DNA of 64,000 nucleotides from Leptospirales bacterium (GTDB lineage Bacteria; Spirochaetota; Leptospiria; Turneriellales; JAOUFE01): NCBI GenBank assembly GCA_040326155.1, contig JBEQLE010000001.1, positions 64,001 to 128,000 of the forward strand, read 5' to 3'. Shown piece by piece: positions 57,943 to 64,000 of this stretch (position 1 is its first letter; each line of letters starts with the position of its first letter). The notes under the pieces were generated by a model. It saw only the letters and a program-made list of their open reading frames with translations, ran no database searches and was not told where the DNA came from. The position numbers and the translations under genes were made by a program.

Positions 57943-60762
57943 ATGAATTACACGAATCAAAACCCTGAACAAATTGCCCGTGATCGAATTGATAAAATGT
58001 TAAGCAATGCTGGTTGGGAGGTGCAATCGAAAGATAAAGTGAATTTTGCAGCCGGGCCTGGTATTGCAGTTCGTGAATACCAGACAGATGTAGGTCCGGC
58101 AGATTATGTATTATTTGTAAATAGAAAACCCATTGGTATTATTGAAGCAAAAAGGGAAGAAGAGGGTCATCGGTTAACTGTCGTTGCTGATCAGTCTGTT
58201 GAGTATGCAACCAGTAAGTTAAAACATCTAAATAATGAACCCCTGCCTTTTGTATATGAAAGTACAGGAACCTTAACAAGTTTTACCGATTATCGTGATC
58301 CAAAAGCGAGAGGTCGAAGTGTGTTCTCTTTTCATCGACCGGAAACATTTGATGAATGGTTAAAGAAAGAAAAATCACTACGGGCCAGACTTCTTGAAAT
58401 ACCAGGGCTAAAGCATACTGGCTTACGACCGGCCCAAATTCGAGCTATCGATAATCTGGAAGAATCATTTAAGCATAACCGTCCCAGAGCTTTAATTCAA
58501 ATGGCCACAGGCGCAGGTAAGACATTTACCGCATCAACATTTATATACAGACTTCTAAAATTTGCAGATGCGAAAAGAGTCTTGTTTTTGGTCGATACAA
58601 AAAACCTTGGTGAACAAGCTGAACAAGAGTTTATGAAGTATCAGCCCATCGATGACAACCGTAAATTTACAGAACTCTATAATGTACAAAGATTGAATTC
58701 GAGCTACATTGCATCCGATTCTCAGGTTTGTATAAGTACCATACAAAGAGTATATTCTATTTTAAAAAGTGAAGAGCTTGATGAAAAACTCGAAGAGGAA
58801 AACCCTAACGAAAGTAGTTGGAAACCTAAAGAACCGGTTCCCGTTGCCTATAACCCGAAAGTACCGATAGAGCAGTTTGACTTTATTGTGATCGATGAGT
58901 GTCATCGCTCTATTTATAACCTGTGGAAACAAGTACTCGATTACTTCGATGGATTCCTGATCGGTTTAACAGCTACGCCCGACAAACGAACCTTTGGTTT
59001 TTTCAATGAAAATGTTGTCAGTGAATATACCTATGAAGAGTCTGTGGCAGACGGGGTCAATGTACCCTACGATGTTTATACCATTGAAACCCAGATCACA
59101 GAAAAGGGTGCCAGTCTTAAAGCCAAAGAGTTTGTAGACAAAAGAGAGAAACTTACTCGCAAAAATAGATGGGAACAACTTGAAGAAGATCTAACTTATA
59201 CACCAAATGAGCTCGATAAAAAAGTTGTCAATGTCAGCCAAATACGAAACATTATTAAAGCGTATAAAAAAGCCCTACGAACGGAAATATTCCCGAACAG
59301 ACTTGATTCCAACGGACAGTATGAAGTTCCAAAGACTTTGATCTTTGCCAAGACCGATAGCCACGCAGACGATATTATAAAAATCGTTAGAGAAGAGTTT
59401 GGTGAAGGCAATGATTTCTGTAAGAAAGTAACGTATAAAGTTGAGGAAGATCCAAAATCGATCTTAAACAAGTTTCGTAATTCATATTACCCTAGAATTG
59501 CTGTAACCGTAGATATGATCGCAACCGGCACAGATGTAAAACCACTGGAGTGTCTTTTGTTCATGCGAGACGTAAAAAGTACAAACTACTTTGAGCAAAT
59601 GAAAGGCAGAGGTACACGCACAATCAACAGTGAAGATTTGAAAATGGTCTCAAAAACCGCCCATGCGAAAACTCACTTTGTTATTGTCGATGCCGTGGGG
59701 GCCATGAAATCTAAAAAGACAGACAGTCGACCGCTCGAAAGAAAAAAGGGCATTCCCTTAAAAGATCTTCTAAACGCCGTGACTATTGGGGCACAAGATG
59801 AAGATCTCTATTTGTCTCTGGCCAATCGCTTGATACGACTCAACAAACAACTCACCGAAGCAGAACAAGAAAAAATACTCGAGCATACCGGGGGTAAAAG
59901 CCTGGGCGAAATGGCCCGTGGTTTATTGCATGCCTATGACCCTGATATCATTGAAAAAACCGCGCAGGATATTATCCCTTCTGAGAATACCACAATTTCA
60001 AATGTTGAAGATAAAACGCCACCAACTCTTGAACAAATGAGTGCTGAGGTAGTGGAGCAGGCACAGCAAACTCTTTTAGAAAACGCTGCTTCTCTATTTA
60101 ACGGAGAGGTCAATGAGTATCTCGAAAATGTTCGCAGAATACATGAGCAGATTATGGATAACATTAATCTCGACACCGTCAAAAAAGCCGAATGGGACTC
60201 TGTCTCTGCTGACAAAGCCAAAGAAATTGTCAAAGACTTTACCGAGTATATTGAACAACATAAAGACGAAATTAAGGCACTCACGATATTTTACAACCAG
60301 CCTTATAATCGCCGAGAAATTACCTTCAAAATGATTCAAGAAATTATGGAAAAACTCAAAATGGACAAGCCCACCCTGGCCCCCGATTATGTATGGGAAG
60401 CTTATGCTACATTAGAGAGTACCAAAAGCAAAAAACCAGTAAATGAACTCACAGCTCTGGTGTCGCTTATACGAAAAGTATGCGGCATAGATAAAGAGCT
60501 GACATCCTATGATAAAACCATAGACAAGAACTTTCAAAAATGGGTTTTCCGGAAACAAGCTGGCGACCTGAAATTTACCGAAGAACAGATGAACTGGCTT
60601 AGAATGCTCAAAGATCACATGACCCATAGTTTTCATGTCGAAGTCGATGATTTAGACTACACACCTTTTGATGCCCAGGGGGGGAAAGGTAAGATGTGGC
60701 AGTTGTTTGGGGAAGACATGGATAAGATTATGGCAGAGCTGAATGAAGCTTTGGTTGCGTAG
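57943..60762 (+). CDS. hsdR: Type I restriction endonuclease subunit R (EcoEI/EcoAI-like)
   Basis: PADYVLF..IIEAK nuclease motif, MATGAGKT, DECHRS, TATP, FEQMKGRGTR; likely start ATG 57943. Confidence 0.93.
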   Translation: MNYTNQNPEQIARDRIDKMLSNAGWEVQSKDKVNFAAGPGIAVREYQTDVGPADYVLFVNRKPIGIIEAKREEEGHRLTVVADQSVEYATSKLKHLNNEPLPFVYESTGTLTSFTDYRDPKARGRSVFSFHRPETFDEWLKKEKSLRARLLEIPGLKHTGLRPAQIRAIDNLEESFKHNRPRALIQMATGAGKTFTASTFIYRLLKFADAKRVLFLVDTKNLGEQAEQEFMKYQPIDDNRKFTELYNVQRLNSSYIASDSQVCISTIQRVYSILKSEELDEKLEEENPNESSWKPKEPVPVAYNPKVPIEQFDFIVIDECHRSIYNLWKQVLDYFDGFLIGLTATPDKRTFGFFNENVVSEYTYEESVADGVNVPYDVYTIETQITEKGASLKAKEFVDKREKLTRKNRWEQLEEDLTYTPNELDKKVVNVSQIRNIIKAYKKALRTEIFPNRLDSNGQYEVPKTLIFAKTDSHADDIIKIVREEFGEGNDFCKKVTYKVEEDPKSILNKFRNSYYPRIAVTVDMIATGTDVKPLECLLFMRDVKSTNYFEQMKGRGTRTINSEDLKMVSKTAHAKTHFVIVDAVGAMKSKKTDSRPLERKKGIPLKDLLNAVTIGAQDEDLYLSLANRLIRLNKQLTEAEQEKILEHTGGKSLGEMARGLLHAYDPDIIEKTAQDIIPSENTTISNVEDKTPPTLEQMSAEVVEQAQQTLLENAASLFNGEVNEYLENVRRIHEQIMDNINLDTVKKAEWDSVSADKAKEIVKDFTEYIEQHKDEIKALTIFYNQPYNRREITFKMIQEIMEKLKMDKPTLAPDYVWEAYATLESTKSKKPVNELTALVSLIRKVCGIDKELTSYDKTIDKNFQKWVFRKQAGDLKFTEEQMNWLRMLKDHMTHSFHVEVDDLDYTPFDAQGGKGKMWQLFGEDMDKIMAELNEALVA

Positions 60763-60783
60763 AATCAATTACTAAATAATACA

Positions 60784-60822
60784 AATTCACAATTCACAAC
60801 TATTAACTCGTAATTCATACTT
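60784..60822 (+). repeat. Degenerate heptamer tandem repeats (AATTCAC-like)
   Basis: AATTCAC AATTCAC AACTATT AACTCGT AATTCAT between hsdR and higB. Confidence 0.5.
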
Positions 60823-60843
60823 AACCTCTATGGTAAATTGTTG

Positions 60844-60866
60844 TTGACATATTGTGTCGTTATGTC
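60844..60866 (+). promoter_or_regulatory. Probable HigA operator overlapping a TTGACA
   Basis: GACATA-N9-TATGTC inverted repeat upstream of higB. Confidence 0.5.
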
Positions 60867-60888
60867 GAATTTATATTTGTGGCTATAA

Positions 60889-61191
60889 ATGAAAGTGGTC
60901 TTTTCAAATAAGAAACTGGAAAAACTCTACGAAACGGGCAGTAGCTCAAAGTACAAGGTAAACCAACAAATTATAGAGAGTTTTTTTGAGGCGATCTCTA
61001 TTTTAGAAGCCGCCAGAGATATCCATGATTTATGGAAACGCCCATCATTGAAATTTAAAAAATATAAAACATGGTATTCTCTTCGAGTTACTCTGAAATG
61101 GCGACTAGAAATAAATATCAAATGGGAAAACCAGGAAAAGACAATAGGGCAGATACAAATTAAAGAGCTGAGTAACCATTATGGTGACTAA
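60889..61191 (+). CDS. higB: HigB/RelE-family toxin
   Basis: F.NKKLEKLY...YSLRV..KWRL...ELSNHY; toxin-first order. Confidence 0.85.
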   Translation: MKVVFSNKKLEKLYETGSSSKYKVNQQIIESFFEAISILEAARDIHDLWKRPSLKFKKYKTWYSLRVTLKWRLEINIKWENQEKTIGQIQIKELSNHYGD

Positions 61192-61226
61192 TGTAGTGAC
61201 GAAATAAGGTAATAAGGCAGTAAAAG

Positions 61227-62339
61227 ATGAACAAAAAATTGAAACCTTTTCTAAATATTGGCCCTGGGCAAATTATTAAAAGAGAAATGGAAGCCCTGAA
61301 TTGGTCGCAAATAGATTTATCTGAAATTATCTCCATGGCTCCGAAATCGATTAGCCAGATGATAAACAACAAGCAATCGATAACCGTTGAAACAGCTTTT
61401 CTTTTGTCAAAGGCCTTTGATTCAAGCCCTGAATTTTGGATGAACCTGGAGCAAAATTACAGGTTACGATTAAAAGAAGACGGCCAGAGAGAGAGTGAGA
61501 CAAGCACGAAAGCAGAGATTAGAAGACATGTACCTTTATTAGAAATGAAAAAAAAAGGGTGGGTCAGTTTTGATTCAACTGCAAAGTCACAGGTGCAAGC
61601 TTACTGTAATTTCTGGCAACAAAAAAAACCAGACTTTTCATCTTATGATAAACAAGCGCCAGCCTTCCATGCTCGCAAATCGAAAGCTGATCCAGAGTAT
61701 ACAAAAAACTATTCCATCACCTGGTTACAAAAAGCGCATATCGAAGTGAGTTTGCTGGCCGATAAAGCAGCCGCGTATAATGCCACTCGGTTAGAAAAAC
61801 TGGCAGTTGAAATACCCACCTATAGTTTAAAACCCGATGGCGTAAAAACTTTTATTCAAGATTTATACAAAACAGGCGTGCATTTTTTTATATTGAGTCA
61901 TCTGCCCAAAACCTACCTGGATGGAGCAGCCTTTCAGGTTAAAAATAAAAAGTGCATCGTCTATACAGCCCGACACAACAGGGTAGATAACTTCTGGTTC
62001 ACCATCGCTCACGAAATTGCCCATATTTTAAAACATGTAAAAACAGAGAAAGACTGCTTTCTCGATAATCTCGACGAAGAGTCGGCAGACAGACGAGAGA
62101 AAGAGGCCGACGCCTTAGCCGAAAAATGGATGCTCACAAAAGAAATACTAAAACTGGCGAAGCCCCACGCCAAATATCTTTCTCATACTAAATTACTAGA
62201 GATCTCAGCCACATTGAACATCGAACCATCCATCATTGTCGGCGCCTTGCAACACCACGGCATCATCGAAGCTCGCAAACTAAACAAGTATAAACAAGAA
62301 GTGAAAAAGTTGATTCCGAAGAAGTACCACCGAGGGTGA
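61227..62339 (+). CDS. higA: HigA-type XRE antitoxin fused to ImmA/IrrE-like metallopeptidase
   Basis: GPGQII...SPEFWMNLE HTH; FWFTIAHEIAH HExxH. Confidence 0.88.
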   Translation: MNKKLKPFLNIGPGQIIKREMEALNWSQIDLSEIISMAPKSISQMINNKQSITVETAFLLSKAFDSSPEFWMNLEQNYRLRLKEDGQRESETSTKAEIRRHVPLLEMKKKGWVSFDSTAKSQVQAYCNFWQQKKPDFSSYDKQAPAFHARKSKADPEYTKNYSITWLQKAHIEVSLLADKAAAYNATRLEKLAVEIPTYSLKPDGVKTFIQDLYKTGVHFFILSHLPKTYLDGAAFQVKNKKCIVYTARHNRVDNFWFTIAHEIAHILKHVKTEKDCFLDNLDEESADRREKEADALAEKWMLTKEILKLAKPHAKYLSHTKLLEISATLNIEPSIIVGALQHHGIIEARKLNKYKQEVKKLIPKKYHRG

Positions 62340-62347
62340 AGAGGCTA

Positions 62348-62384
62348 GACAGGATTTACATGATTAACAGGATTAAGATTTGGG
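62348..62384 (+). repeat. 9-nt-period repeat, copy 2
   Basis: GACAGGATTTACATGATTAACAGGATTAAGATTTGGG, 34/37 identical to 43898-43934. Confidence 0.8.
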
Positions 62385-62414
62385 TGTTTAAATTTCAAAA
62401 AATGGAGAATTCAT

Positions 62415-62591
62415 ATGGCAGATAAAAAATCGGGCAAAGATTGGACAAAAGGTGATATTGCTCTTTTAAAAAAAATGAAAAATCAAAATACCGATACTGA
62501 TATTATTGCGAAGAAACTGGAGCGAAGTAAAAATGCAGTTTATATTAAGGTCTCTGAACTCGGTTTATCATTAATGCCAAAAGATAAGTGA
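62415..62591 (+). CDS. 58-aa Myb/SANT-like HTH protein (below the ORF-track cutoff)
   Basis: GGAG RBS; MADKKSGKDWTKGDIALLKK...IIAKKLERSKNAVYIKVSELGLSL. Confidence 0.7.
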   Translation: MADKKSGKDWTKGDIALLKKMKNQNTDTDIIAKKLERSKNAVYIKVSELGLSLMPKDK

Positions 62592-62616
62592 TTACTGCTT
62601 TGTATTAAGATTAAAT

Positions 62617-64000
62617 ATGCAGGATTGGGTTGAAGCAGAATTCGGTGATGTCATAGACGTCATTAGTGGTAAAAACCAAAAAGCCGTAGAAAACCCAAAT
62701 GGGAAGTATCCTATTTATGGTAGTGGCGGAATATTTGGTTACGCAAATCAATATCTTTGCGAAGCTGGAACAACCGTAATTGGGAGAAAAGGAACGATAA
62801 ATAGCCCCATTTACGTGAATCAAAAATTCTGGAATGTTGACACAGCATTTGGGATATACCCTTTGTCAAACCAGATCCAGTCTAAGTATATTTACTACTT
62901 TTGTGTTGGCTTTAATTTCAAGAAATTAGATAAAAGTACTACCATACCAAGTTTAGCGAAGAGGGATATTCTAAAAATCATAACCAAAATCCCACCACTC
63001 CCCGAACAACGAGCGATTGTTTCTAAAATAGAACAACTTTTCAGCGAGTTGGACAATGCCATAACCAATTTTAAAAAAGCGCAGGCGCAGTTGAAGGTGT
63101 ATCGTCAGGCGGTTTTGAAAAAAGCCTTTGAGGGTGAGTTGACGAAAGAGTGGCGATCTCATCAAACCGATTTACCAACGGCAGAAGAATTGCTCGAACA
63201 AATAAAAGTAGAACGAGAAGCGCATTATCAGAAGCAACTTGAAGAGTGGGAAGTTGCTGTAAAGAAATGGGAAGCAGATAAAAGACCGAAGGATGTAAAA
63301 GAGAAAAAACCTACAAAGCCAAGTCTGTCGAAAGAGCTGCCACCTTTGACGAAAGACGAATTGGGTAAGTTGCCTGAATTGCCTAGTGGGTGGTCGTGGG
63401 TGAAACTGGGTGAAGTTAATAGCGTTAAAGGTGGCAAACGACTGCCGCCGAAACATTCTTTTTCTATGGAAACAACAGACTATATTTATATCATGGCTGG
63501 CAATTTAAAAGGTGGGACAGTTAAAAACAAACTCACGTATATTGAAAAAAATACATATGAGGCACTATGGCATTATAGAGTAAATGGCGGTGATGTTTAC
63601 ATTACTATTGTGGGGGCTTGTATAGGTGATGCAGGAGTTATTCCAAAGGAATTTCATTTATCTATTTTGACTGAGAATGCCGCAAAAATAATCACTCCAA
63701 TATCATTGTACAATAAGTATTTATCACTTTGGTTAAATTCCATTATAGCACAAACAAGAATAAAAGGAAGTGTGTTTTCTATGACCCTTGGCAAATTAGC
63801 TCTCAACAGAGTTGAACGATTAGAAATACCAATCACTTCAGTAGAAGAACAAAACGCCATCGTCGTCGAAATAGAATCCCGCCTTTCTGTCTGCGATAAA
63901 GCCGAAGAGACCCTGGCAGAAAATCTGGTCAAAGCTGAAGCCTTGCGACAGAGTATTCTCAAAAAAGCGTTTGAGGGCAAGTTGCTTACCGAGGGTGAAC
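62617..64000 (+). CDS. hsdS: Type I R-M specificity subunit S (runs off the window)
   Basis: MQDWVE..., YPIYGSGG, IGRKGT, PPLPEQRAIVSKIE, LPSGWSW, two AFEG(E/K)L conserved regions. Confidence 0.93.
   Translation, partial: MQDWVEAEFGDVIDVISGKNQKAVENPNGKYPIYGSGGIFGYANQYLCEAGTTVIGRKGTINSPIYVNQKFWNVDTAFGIYPLSNQIQSKYIYYFCVGFNFKKLDKSTTIPSLAKRDILKIITKIPPLPEQRAIVSKIEQLFSELDNAITNFKKAQAQLKVYRQAVLKKAFEGELTKEWRSHQTDLPTAEELLEQIKVEREAHYQKQLEEWEVAVKKWEADKRPKDVKEKKPTKPSLSKELPPLTKDELGKLPELPSGWSWVKLGEVNSVKGGKRLPPKHSFSMETTDYIYIMAGNLKGGTVKNKLTYIEKNTYEALWHYRVNGGDVYITIVGACIGDAGVIPKEFHLSILTENAAKIITPISLYNKYLSLWLNSIIAQTRIKGSVFSMTLGKLALNRVERLEIPITSVEEQNAIVVEIESRLSVCDKAEETLAENLVKAEALRQSILKKAFEGKLLTEGE

Noticed and set aside
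1..64000. CRISPR array, tRNA or rRNA genes
   Set aside because: No regularly spaced repeat-spacer units or cloverleaf/rRNA signatures seen by eye; tRNAscan-SE and cmscan would be needed to exclude them fully

Overview
Bacterial chromosomal window, probably from a flagellated spirochaete-like host (inferred from FlhB/FlhA style and gene content; taxonomy not verifiable here). 1-27 kb is mostly housekeeping: flhA-flhB, a short UvrD-like helicase, dnaA-VKOR/DsbA-aroE-aroK-recN, ispH, two TPR proteins, and sigma70-topA-xerC-hslV-hslU, then tsaD. A small XRE-regulated redox operon follows at 27-29.7 kb. 30.5-57.8 kb is a capsid-less contractile injection system (tailocin/eCIS-like): sheath, tube, a tail-assembly chaperone with a probable -1 frameshift extension, hub, spike, baseplate, and three paralogous tail-fibre genes built from swappable GNVGIGT-delimited modules. 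Each fibre gene is followed by unrelated passenger gene(s), including a 1213-aa metallophosphoesterase. The 27-kb locus is bracketed by two 125-bp, 96%-identical direct repeats. A third, diverged copy at ~4.1 kb suggests these repeats are an unannotated structured non-coding element. 57.9-64 kb is a type I R-M locus (hsdR...hsdS) interrupted by higBA and a small HTH gene. No rRNA, tRNA, CRISPR array, transposase, or phage head or lysis genes were recognised. All calls are by eye from motifs; no database searches were run.
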